Source: Candidatus Aenigmatarchaeota archaeon
Lineage (GTDB): Archaea > Aenigmatarchaeota > Aenigmatarchaeia > Aenigmatarchaeales > Aenigmatarchaeaceae
DNA: 64,000 nt
Assembly: GCA_016933455.1 (NCBI GenBank)
Contig: JAFGAZ010000015.1
Coordinates: forward strand, 11,583-75,582
Direction: 5' to 3'
Positions 36,601-44,800 of the stretch are shown piece after piece. The notes under the pieces were generated by a model. The model worked only from the letters and a program-made list of their open reading frames with translations. It made no database searches and was not told the origin of the DNA. How positions within the stretch are numbered: the first letter of the stretch is position 1; each line of letters starts with the position of its first letter. The translations under genes were made by a program, and so were the position numbers.

Positions 36601-38328
36601 AGTGCAGGTTTGGGCGAAGTGACATTACAGTTTGTAAACCCGAACAAATATTTGGCATGTTTTGAATACATGACAGACGGAGGAGACCCAAGTCAGATAC
36701 AAGTGGATGAAAATTATCATCCCGATGTAACAGACATGTATCCATATGTTTGTTTGACAAACGATGTTACAGAAATGATTATACCAGCAAGTGAGTTTGT
36801 TGAAGTGCGTTCAATATTTGGCGGAGAGCGTGACTGGGACTTTGACTGGACAAGATTTTACGTAATGCAGGATACAAGCAGCTGGAATTTTGTTGCAGAT
36901 GATATAGTCGAATTCAATATTCCAGACGATAGTTGTCATGTCATAAAATACATGGCAGTTGATTTGTTAGGCAATATGGAAGGACTTAATGTACAGTATG
37001 TTATGGTTGATAATCAGCCACCAGAGCCAACAAAGATAGTTGGAGAGCCAAAGGACATATGGACACCTGGTCAAAACGGAGATCCAGAGAGCTACTGGTA
37101 TCCAGAAGAGACGGCAAACTGCTGGACAGGAGAAGAGGGAGAAATAGAATGTTGGGAAGTAACAACCCTGACTCCTATATCAATGGAATGTACAGACCCA
37201 CAGCCGCATCCAGTAGACCATGAGAGCGTCTGCTTTAAGATAGACGTGGATGGATGTGACGAGACAGAAAGATACTGTGGAAGAACAATACCAGACAAGG
37301 GCGGACCTATCTGTTTGTTTGGAATAAATGGTTGTGGAGACTTTAACATGTTCGAATACAATGAAGAAACAGGTTATTGTTGTGCAGACCAAGAGATAAC
37401 AGATTTTTACTTTAAGGAAGATACAGAACACAACCTAAAGTACTATTGTGTAGATGCACTAGGAAACGAAGGACCAATAGACGAAGAAAAGTTCAAGGTA
37501 GAAGGAACAAAATTCGAAGTGCCTCTATACAAGAAATGGAACCTTGTTTCAGTGCCATTTGTCTTACTTGACGACAGCCCTGATTCGGTGTTTAGCAAGT
37601 TGCAATGGGACGGAGTTTCCATAGATGACATGGAGGGAGTAGAGTTGGGAGACTTGGTAGATTCGGTTTGGACATACGACCCAGACGACGGCATATGTGA
37701 TGAAGAATGGTGCTGGTGGAAACCAGGTGTTGCAGAATCAACACTTGATTCAATAAGGCCTGGATGGGGATATTGGGTGCTTGTAACAGACAAACCCAAT
37801 GGTTGTGAAGAAGAGGACGACATGATACTTAGACCTATGTGTTCGTTCTACAAGCAAGAAAACGAACAGCCTCTGTGGCTTGTTATGGGCGGAAGCCTAT
37901 TCAGCGCAGCAACAACGCCTCCAAGCAGAGAATTGCAGGAAGGTTGGAACCTGGTAGGTTACTATGGAACCAATTGGGACGAGTATGACTGGAGTGACTT
38001 TGACTTTATGTGTGGAGAAGAGTATGGTCATAGCTGGGACAAATACTTGTACGGTGACCAGGCATACTGTGCTCTTAACACACTAGTTGATACCCAGGAG
38101 GGCTATCCAGAGTGGAGTTCGCTTTGGAGCTATGTGAACTGCGGTAACCACAATACAGACTGGCTTGGAATTAATGCATGCATACAAGAAAGTGAATGCC
38201 AAGCACAGGATAGGATGTATGCAGGACGCGGTTACTGGTTGTTCATGAGAGAAGACGGCACATACGCGCCAGCAACTACATGTATATGGAACACAGACTT
38301 TGAATGTGTGTGGACGGGTCTTAACTAG
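33655..38328 (+). CDS. giant secreted Cys-rich surface protein (1557 aa) with HYR-/Ig-like repeats
   Basis: SD GAGGTGA lies upstream. The N-terminal hydrophobic segment is KGSSGVAIGAMVVLTLAFIVA, with a possible cleavage at VLAA/HD.

The boundary motif ...[YC]xD.xGN...[VF]D-x-[TQ]PP-x-x-[TS]K recurs 5 times, at ~34176, 34531, 35090, 36280 and 37002.

The C-terminus has two GWNLV...G[WR]GYW modules. Confidence 0.85.
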   Translation: MKLFGNRLKGSSGVAIGAMVVLTLAFIVASVSYMMPVLAAHDALVTITPNKASCSDLPSTFNVNVENVGNGGYGIYNVKIYKAMTNIVSLTCGPAPSGWTLVGGGLQFGSYCEYTTDPYIGGVIDYGEELDFTFDAVIDQDNCQSTFRVTTLDNQAIVTGSGQGEEENHDKVLNVDCTPPVIEKQITSGTFDERDGVCPPGLQEEGDVCWMTQGTIHVTATDSSCNDECNLGLAYCEWDYTVDGVPEDSGNETANTCVEGWDIVFDEDSEHILTITCYDVVGNSVEDVETFKVDDTPPTTTKDIEPDEYVRDGAEYIDTVNEITFTNPDGGDICAIGTDKTWYKNVVYTEEVLRTINNDGPHGYDYCYQPDMYCNGAYLGTTTPYESGVECINEAQEHCNDNVVEGCDGLDCQRWEADGYDNWERCVESYVYGNCNVDSSWKLYDGTPITKDQESCHVLYYFSIDELGNVEDMQYNCFFVDKTPPELSKEVGDPKLQFCDMTEEPEVLTEADLSNDVFGVTVTKSSDGTKVKWVVDFDETDMEGHTATGAQVMIASESVPLFNIGMMQDGGNWFAGYKPYDGSWGAATNVLPDGMTVTGSPNSEYYEIEIPIESLPCPYYWAINVEATCPGCDGFPGSSSAQQNYPEDWSRWTAVNTALGPQTNNFWVTDETDITFTCRDPEPHPSGDEEVCFKVSYDMEQDGYNTDVYCAKYSGTMEGDWCCIDSTPQTPFVFNFNAEEYSLHDLEYYCRDAVGKESEPKIQYYKVYAVPEVSKEMADDAVYIGDCLPGTEPSDDECYVKSGNVVEITFSEPQANGCLLPIECTYEVKYQNEIVDFGDFNDDITIPMSGDCEHILTIECVDAIGNTAFHDVETFEVDETPPETTKTYGDPTVVDGDYRWITSATPITLTSEDEKVGVDGIYYTYEWVSDEMCEAHPENSKTDEYQYLPSSGNYVFPSTNEDNKNGENVYRPGVIGPHVNLVSAGLGEVTLQFVNPNKYLACFEYMTDGGDPSQIQVDENYHPDVTDMYPYVCLTNDVTEMIIPASEFVEVRSIFGGERDWDFDWTRFYVMQDTSSWNFVADDIVEFNIPDDSCHVIKYMAVDLLGNMEGLNVQYVMVDNQPPEPTKIVGEPKDIWTPGQNGDPESYWYPEETANCWTGEEGEIECWEVTTLTPISMECTDPQPHPVDHESVCFKIDVDGCDETERYCGRTIPDKGGPICLFGINGCGDFNMFEYNEETGYCCADQEITDFYFKEDTEHNLKYYCVDALGNEGPIDEEKFKVEGTKFEVPLYKKWNLVSVPFVLLDDSPDSVFSKLQWDGVSIDDMEGVELGDLVDSVWTYDPDDGICDEEWCWWKPGVAESTLDSIRPGWGYWVLVTDKPNGCEEEDDMILRPMCSFYKQENEQPLWLVMGGSLFSAATTPPSRELQEGWNLVGYYGTNWDEYDWSDFDFMCGEEYGHSWDKYLYGDQAYCALNTLVDTQEGYPEWSSLWSYVNCGNHNTDWLGINACIQESECQAQDRMYAGRGYWLFMREDGTYAPATTCIWNTDFECVWTGLN

Positions 38329-38380
38329 TCCCACCATCAACCTTTTATTTTTTTGCATTTAATTAATCAGAGGTAATGAG

Positions 38381-39127
38381 ATGAATCTAAAACTTTTGTC
38401 AATAACAATTTGTTCATTTTTGATGCTTTCCAATATAGCTTTTGCTGTTTTGGGAACTCCTCATGCTTTTTACGGATCAGTTACTGTAAACGGCAGTCCT
38501 GCTCCTGATGGCACAATCGTTGCTGCCAGAATAGGAAATACAGAAGTTGCCAGTACAACAACTGTAGGGGGGGAATATAATTTCTATATTGATGACGACA
38601 GCAGTTCAAGATCAGGTGATGAGATATTATTCTTTGTTGCCGGAGTTAATACTGGTCAAATAGAGTATTTTTATAACGGTGATGTGACTGAACTTGACCT
38701 TTCTGTTACCTTATCCTCTACCACGACTACTGCCACAGGCGGGGGTGGCGGCGCTGTTCCTACTTCTGGAACCACAACCGATACTACAGAAACTTCGACT
38801 TCGGGAACAACGACCACATCTTTAGAAACAGGTTGCCAGGAAAGGTGGACATGTTCTGATTGGAGTACGTGTGACAACGGCATCCAGACCAGAGTCTGCG
38901 AGGACCAGAATTCATGTGGCACCAACAGCAGGGAGCCATTTACAAGTCAGCCTTGTACAGCTGGAGAAAACGAAAAAGCATCTGCCGGAGGGTCTTTGGG
39001 CTTCTTTTTCATGATGCCGTCTGACATGGTTCTAGTAGCCGTTTCTGTGGGAGTTGTAGCAGTTCTTTTTACTTTCTTCATGCTAAAAAGAAAATCTGCA
39101 CCTGTTCCAGTAGTAGTGGTCGGTTAG
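38381..39127 (+). CDS. secreted, C-terminally TM-anchored protein with Thr-rich linker and TSP1-like Cys module
   Basis: Has a signal peptide and a beta-rich N-domain (HAFYGSVTVNGSPAPDGTIVAARIG). These are followed by a poly-T/G linker and the Cys module CQERWTCSDWSTCDNGIQTRVCEDQNSCGT...C (38834-38956). The C-terminus is a TM segment plus KRK. Confidence 0.75.
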   Translation: MNLKLLSITICSFLMLSNIAFAVLGTPHAFYGSVTVNGSPAPDGTIVAARIGNTEVASTTTVGGEYNFYIDDDSSSRSGDEILFFVAGVNTGQIEYFYNGDVTELDLSVTLSSTTTTATGGGGGAVPTSGTTTDTTETSTSGTTTTSLETGCQERWTCSDWSTCDNGIQTRVCEDQNSCGTNSREPFTSQPCTAGENEKASAGGSLGFFFMMPSDMVLVAVSVGVVAVLFTFFMLKRKSAPVPVVVVG

Positions 39128-39173
39128 TACTACTATTCAAGGATAAAAAGCTTTCTATGCTAATAGTGATAGC

Positions 39174-39926
39174 ATGTCAAAGAAAATCAAATTTTTAGTT
39201 ATATTAGCATTATCGATACTGATATCGGCAACAATAGCCCAAGCACTGGTCAATTTCCCGGAATTCGTGGTTTTCCCCATGAACTATGACGAGAAAATCC
39301 CAGACACGCTTGTTGACAAACTGCTTGACATAAACAGGCTTTCTTTTGTTGAGTTAGCTCAGCACGGCTACATGCACAAGAGAAACGAGAGCCTTTTGCA
39401 GGTGTTATACGGCTTTAATCTGCTTGAGAACGAGTACGGCTTTGACATAAGCTTTTTTGTGCCGCCATATGAGGATCCGCCAGAATACCCCCTGCCAGCC
39501 GACCTTTTCTACATACCCATGAAAACAGAGGGCATATACTATGAAAAGGAGAGAATGGACTATGGAGCATGCTCTTTTGATAACAAAATGACCATGTCAA
39601 TACACATACAAGACCCCATAACTCCTGAATGGCTTGCCATGATATCAGAGGGAAGGCAAATAGACTATCTCAGGGTGGACGACATAAATACGGACATTGT
39701 TGATGTCGACTTGCAGATAAACAGGATATACACCCTGATAACATTCTGCGGCAAGAATAACTGCACTCTTGTGCTTGGGATAATCCCTGTTGTGCCAAGG
39801 CTTTACGAGTCTGACAAGAGCTACCTGTTTTTCAACAAGTCCATGATAGCTCTTGGCATGATGCTCCTGCTTCCGATATATTTGTTCTATTTCCTAAGCT
39901 ACTATTTGAGGAGATGGCTGAAATGA
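39174..39926 (+). CDS. membrane protein, possibly DUF2334/polysaccharide-deacetylase-like
   Basis: Has a signal peptide and a C-terminal TM segment. The ELAQHGYMHK and FFVPPY motifs resemble DUF2334, but this is a weak recollection. It overlaps the downstream GT2 gene by 13 nt. The confidence value refers to the function call; the ORF itself is firmer. Confidence 0.35.
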   Translation: MSKKIKFLVILALSILISATIAQALVNFPEFVVFPMNYDEKIPDTLVDKLLDINRLSFVELAQHGYMHKRNESLLQVLYGFNLLENEYGFDISFFVPPYEDPPEYPLPADLFYIPMKTEGIYYEKERMDYGACSFDNKMTMSIHIQDPITPEWLAMISEGRQIDYLRVDDINTDIVDVDLQINRIYTLITFCGKNNCTLVLGIIPVVPRLYESDKSYLFFNKSMIALGMMLLLPIYLFYFLSYYLRRWLK

Positions 39927-40975
39927 GCGATGTTTCAAGCATTATAATTCCTGTATACAACGAGGAGGGCGTCATAGCCGAGACACTGAAAAAGAACGTC
40001 AGAGCCTTTGAGAGAAATTACAAGGACATCAAGGAGATAATAGTTGTTGACGACGGCTCAATAGACAATTCCAAACAGGAAATCGAGAATTTCATAAAAA
40101 ACTACAAGGGAAACCTCGATATCAGGCTTATTCCCCACACCACCAACATGGGAAAGGCGCAGGCCCTAAACACGGGCATTATGCATGCCAAGGGTGACTA
40201 TGTGCTGCTTTCTGATTCCGACTCCTACATGGACGGCAAGACTCCAAGAAAGGTAATAAGAACAATGCGCAAAAGCGGGGCTTCATGCGTTGTCGGGCAT
40301 GTCGTGCCTGCCCAGAACACGCTTCTAACAAGGCTCCAGAAGATGGAGTACGACTTTGACCAGAAGATAATAAGGACAGTGCAATCTGTTTACACTAATG
40401 TAATATCAATACCGGGTCCTTTGTACTTTACCAAGAAGAACATTGTTCAGAACATAAAGTTCGACAAGTACAGCATTGTCGAGGACTTTAAGATAGGCAT
40501 CGAGATGAACATGAAAGAGCAGAGAATAGAGCCCACTGACGCTGTTGTGTATTCATACTCGCCCACAACAATAGGGCAGCTAAGAAAGCAAAGGCTCAGG
40601 TGGTTCGGTGGAATTCTAAAGGAGTCGCTTTCAAACACGGATGTTTGGAAAAAGAACCCGTTTTACATGTTCAATGTGGTGATGTGCTTTGCCTCGTTCT
40701 TCTTTACTTTGGCGACTATCGCGTTGTTCGGCCTTATGATATACTTTGCAACAAATCCTGCCAACCTCATGGTGAATTTTGTTATATTCTTCCTTTTGTT
40801 CTGCTCTGGCATATCTATATTGTATGCTATTGCTGTAAAAAAACTAGAAGCAGACGCATTCTTGCTGTTTCCCTTCTATCTGACATTCCTTTTCCTTATC
40901 AGGACAGAGGTTGTGATAAAGGTGGTCCTAAACAAGGATTTCAAGTGGGGAACAAGGGAATTCAAACGTGAATAG
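39914..40975 (+). CDS. processive family-2 glycosyltransferase (IcaA/PgaC/NodC/cellulose-synthase-like) with C-terminal TM bundle
   Basis: Motifs present are IIIPVYNEE, VVDDGSIDNS, DSDS (DxD), VEDF (ED) and QRLRW (QxxRW). Four hydrophobic helices follow. Confidence 0.85.
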   Translation: MAEMSDVSSIIIPVYNEEGVIAETLKKNVRAFERNYKDIKEIIVVDDGSIDNSKQEIENFIKNYKGNLDIRLIPHTTNMGKAQALNTGIMHAKGDYVLLSDSDSYMDGKTPRKVIRTMRKSGASCVVGHVVPAQNTLLTRLQKMEYDFDQKIIRTVQSVYTNVISIPGPLYFTKKNIVQNIKFDKYSIVEDFKIGIEMNMKEQRIEPTDAVVYSYSPTTIGQLRKQRLRWFGGILKESLSNTDVWKKNPFYMFNVVMCFASFFFTLATIALFGLMIYFATNPANLMVNFVIFFLLFCSGISILYAIAVKKLEADAFLLFPFYLTFLFLIRTEVVIKVVLNKDFKWGTREFKRE

Positions 40976-41285
40976 AGGACTGGTTGCTGAGCATAACTCT
41001 GACAAGTTCGGGAATCTTTTCAAGGCTCTTGTCAATGCTTATCTTTATAGCATCGTTAAGTGTCTTGTATACAAGCTCCATTTGACGGTCTATGATTTTT
41101 GAGACGCCTGTTCTTTCCATGAGTTTCATTATGTCTATTCTCGGCGTTTCGTTCATTTCAGGAAGCTCGTTTATCCTTATGGTTATTTTCGGGACCATTA
41201 TGGTCAGATTGCCGACAGTTATGTTGGCTGCCAGAACAGGGGACGATGTAAGCAAGAAAATCAATGCTATTGCAAGTATCCTCAT
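40962..41285 (-). CDS. small secreted hypothetical protein (107 aa)
   Basis: Signal peptide MRILAIALIFLLTSSPVLAAN. Its 3' end overlaps the GT2 gene convergently by 14 nt. Confidence 0.5.
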   Translation of the reverse strand: MRILAIALIFLLTSSPVLAANITVGNLTIMVPKITIRINELPEMNETPRIDIMKLMERTGVSKIIDRQMELVYKTLNDAIKISIDKSLEKIPELVRVMLSNQSSIHV

Positions 41286-41301
41286 GTGAATAGATTTTTC
41301 T

Positions 41302-41315
41302 AGCCGGCTTATATA
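41302..41315 (-). promoter_or_regulatory. TATA candidate (TTATATA, 41309-41315) about 24-30 nt upstream of the minus-strand ATG at 41285, abutting the GC palindrome AGCCGGCT (41302-41309)
   Basis: The palindrome lies between the TATA candidate and the start codon, a typical archaeal repressor position. A wHTH regulator is encoded divergently. Confidence 0.3.
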
Positions 41316-41374
41316 GGTTTATTTCCTACGGGTCAGTGATTAAGTATTTATTGCTTTCTGTTCAATAGAAGCCT

Positions 41375-41800
41375 ATGAACAAGATAGCCCTCAGGCTTAT
41401 GGAACCCATAGACGAGAGAAACGACGTAGACATAATAACAAGGTTCATGCCCGAGATCGGGGACATCTGTTCCAACCAGACGCGCGCCGGAATTCTCCAT
41501 CTCATGATAAACACGCCACAGACCATGCATTCCTTGAAGGTCGAGGAGATTTGCTTCAAGCTTGGCATTAGGCAGTCTGTTGCAATACACCATCTCGAGA
41601 AGCTCGAGGACTGGAAGCTGGTCGAGGTGAAAAAGTTCCAGGAATACGGCACCAAGACCAGAAGGAGCATATGGGGCCTTAATTTGAAGCATCCGCATTG
41701 GATATCGGAGTGCTACAAGAGCGTTCGCGCCCACTTTTTTTCTGAAAAGGAACTGGCACAGATAACAAACATTGACAAGAGTTTGAGATTCTGCAGTTAG
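41375..41800 (+). CDS. winged-helix (ArsR/TrmB-like) transcriptional regulator
   Basis: QTRAGILHLMINTPQTMHSLKVEEICFKLGIRQSVAIHHLEKLEDWKLVEVKK gives an HTH plus wing. A TATA-like TATTTATT (41345-41352) lies 30 nt upstream of the ATG. Confidence 0.7.
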   Translation: MNKIALRLMEPIDERNDVDIITRFMPEIGDICSNQTRAGILHLMINTPQTMHSLKVEEICFKLGIRQSVAIHHLEKLEDWKLVEVKKFQEYGTKTRRSIWGLNLKHPHWISECYKSVRAHFFSEKELAQITNIDKSLRFCS

Positions 41801-41855
41801 TAAATCGTCCGTAATGTCAGATAGGCATAAATTCTTTTTAAAACAATAATAGAAT

Positions 41856-44800
41856 ATGAAAGCAAGTTCTATAGCTTTTGTTTTATCCGTGTTTTTTGTA
41901 TCAACAATTATTATTTCAACAATTGTTTTTGCAGGTCAGGCTGTTTATAGCATAGATGTTGAGCAACCTGTTCCTGGTTCCAATGTCATAAACCCTGTTG
42001 ATATAACAGGTATTTGGCATGTCTCTGCACCACAGGGAAACATAGAACAGTACAATGTTCAAATAAACTGGGGAGATGGTACTGTTGTTGATATTGTTAA
42101 TATTAATAGAACAGAGGCAGGAGAAACACAGCAGACCCAGGAATTCTTTGGCAACTTTAGCACACTTGTTTTGACAGACTGTGATTCAGATGACGGCGAA
42201 GACAATTGCAATGTCGGATTACTTTCGCATACTTATGGCGGTGAGTATCTTTGTCAGCAAACAGACGTTACTGTAAAGCTTTATCATTCAACTCCTCCTG
42301 GGACGGAATCATCAGGGGATGCACAAGTCAATTTCATATTAATTCCTGGCATAGACGAGATATGTGATAACGATATAGATGATGACTGTGATGGTCTTGT
42401 GGATTGCGACGACCCTGATTGTGACGGCGATCCTGCATGTCCTGTTCAGGTATGTGGTAACGGCATAGTTGAAACAGGCGAAGACTGTGATCCAGGAGAA
42501 GACGTTTCTGGCGACTGCTGCGATGCAACATGCCACTATGAAACCAGTTCTTACACATGCAGAGATTCTGTGGGAGTTTGCGACATGCCTGAGCAATGCA
42601 CAGGCTCTAGTGCTTTGTGTCCAGAAGATTCGTTTATGTCAAGTTCAACTGTTTGCAGGTCTGGTTCAGGCGATTTGTGCGACCCAGACGAGACCTGCAC
42701 AGGAACAGATGCTTCATGTCCGGCAGATCAGATATCTCCAGCCGGAATGGTTTGCAATTATGGTTCGGGCGACATGTGCGATCCAGACGAGACCTGCACA
42801 GGAGTGGCAGGCGAAGCATGCCCCGTTGATTCAATTATGCCTTATATGACTGTTTGCAGGTCTGGTTCTGGTGATTTGTGTGATCCTGACGAGATGTGTA
42901 CAGGAATAGAAGACATGCCTTGTCCAGAAGACAATGTTGCTTCGTCAGATACGGAATGCAGGCAAGCAGCAGGCATTTGCGATGTAGCAGAAACATGTAC
43001 AGGGGTTGTGGGACAGACGTGTCCTACTGATTCATTCTTATCAAGCTCGACTGTGTGTAGAGTTTCGGCAGGAGACTGTGATTTGACAGAAATGTGCACA
43101 GGTTCTAGTGCGGATTGTCCTGATGATGCTTTTGTGCCACAGGGAACGCTTTGCTTGGATGGTTCATATTGCAACGGCGAAGAGAAGTGTGACGGTTTTG
43201 GAGTGTGTCAAAGCGGGAGTGCTGTTTCATGCATTTCGAACGACATATCCGAGATAGCCACATGCTTTAACACACCAGATGGTAACGATTACACATGGGA
43301 TTCAAGAAATCCATTCACAAGCATATGTGTTGATGACGATGAAAACACTGGACACTGCACAACAGGTGATGACACCGTGACAAGTGCTTGTGATTATGAG
43401 CAATGCAATGCCGAATGCGATGAAACGCATGCATGCGACGACAGCAGTTGTGAAGAAACATATGACGATTACTGTGATGGCTTTGTCTTGACAGAGTATG
43501 ATTCAGACAAAATAAAAGACAGCACAACTGTTTCAGACTCATGTCCAAATACATGCCTAGGCGACTGTACTTGTACTGATTGTGATACGGACTGCAGCGC
43601 TCCTGCAACCAGCACATACTGCGTGAAGGATGTGTGTGATGCAGAGTGCGATTCTGATGATGACTGTGATGTTACTGACTGTGATTATTTGGACGGCTGT
43701 TATGGAAAGGATTATTATGACTATTCTGACGCTGAAAACACGTGCCTTGGAGACTGCTCTTGTACAGTAAATTCTTGCACATCTCCAAGTATAAGCCAAA
43801 ATGATGCAAGATGCACGGAATGCCAGACTGATTCTGATTGCGATTCCAAGGATAGAGATTATTGTGTTGGAACTGCCGTAAAGCATGACGAGGGAAGATG
43901 CGTTGACTATGAATGCAGCGTTGAAACAACTACCGTGCAAGAGTGCGATGACACTCTATGGTGCAACGGAGACGAGACGTGCTCAAATGCTGCTTGCGTT
44001 TCCGGAACAGCTCCGAATGTTGACGATGGAGTTGACTGCACAATTGATTCTTGTGACGAGGCAAATGATGTTATAATCAATACCCCTGATGATTCCTATT
44101 GTGACAACGGGCTTTGGTGTGACGGCCAGGAAACTTGTGACATTTCACTAGGATGCCAGGCAGGAACTGCTATTGACTGTTCGGATGATTTGTTCTGTAC
44201 TGTTGACGAATACTGTGATGATGACTCGGATTCATGCGCTTTTAGTCCAAGGGACTGTTCTGGTAATAATATAGAAGGAATTGCTACATGCAACAATGAT
44301 CCTGACAACAATCCTTTCACATGGGACTATAGGAGCGCTTTTGAAAGCTCTTGTGATGATGAAAACGATGTTTGTACTGTCGGTGACTCGGAGATAAGCT
44401 ATACATGTCATGACTGCGATTTGACAGACGGCATTGGCACAAGCCTTGAAGAGAGGTGCTGCGCTGAGTGTGATCAGGATTCGGACTGCGTGCAGAGCAC
44501 TGGCTATTGTGACTATGAGAACATGACATACTGCTCAAGGGATTCCTACGGAACATGTGGCGATGATTGTGGATGCATTGATGACGCATGGTCTTGTGAT
44601 GCTTCCGAGTACTGCTTGTACTGTGACCATTGCGGAGACGGAGAGGTGAACTGCGGAGAGGACTGTGAAGTCGGCGACCAGGGCGACAGATGCTTGCCTG
44701 AAGGTGCTAGTATCTTTACTTGCATTAACGGAGACTCTTATGAGACACCTGAATTTGATGTGTGCACTCAAACTTGTGAATGGGATGGTTGCACTCAGAT

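Noticed and set aside
41348-41734. 128-aa and 102-aa minus-strand ORFs opposite the wHTH regulator gene
   Set aside because: The plus-strand product has a clear winged-helix pattern and proper promoter geometry. The antisense ORFs have neither.
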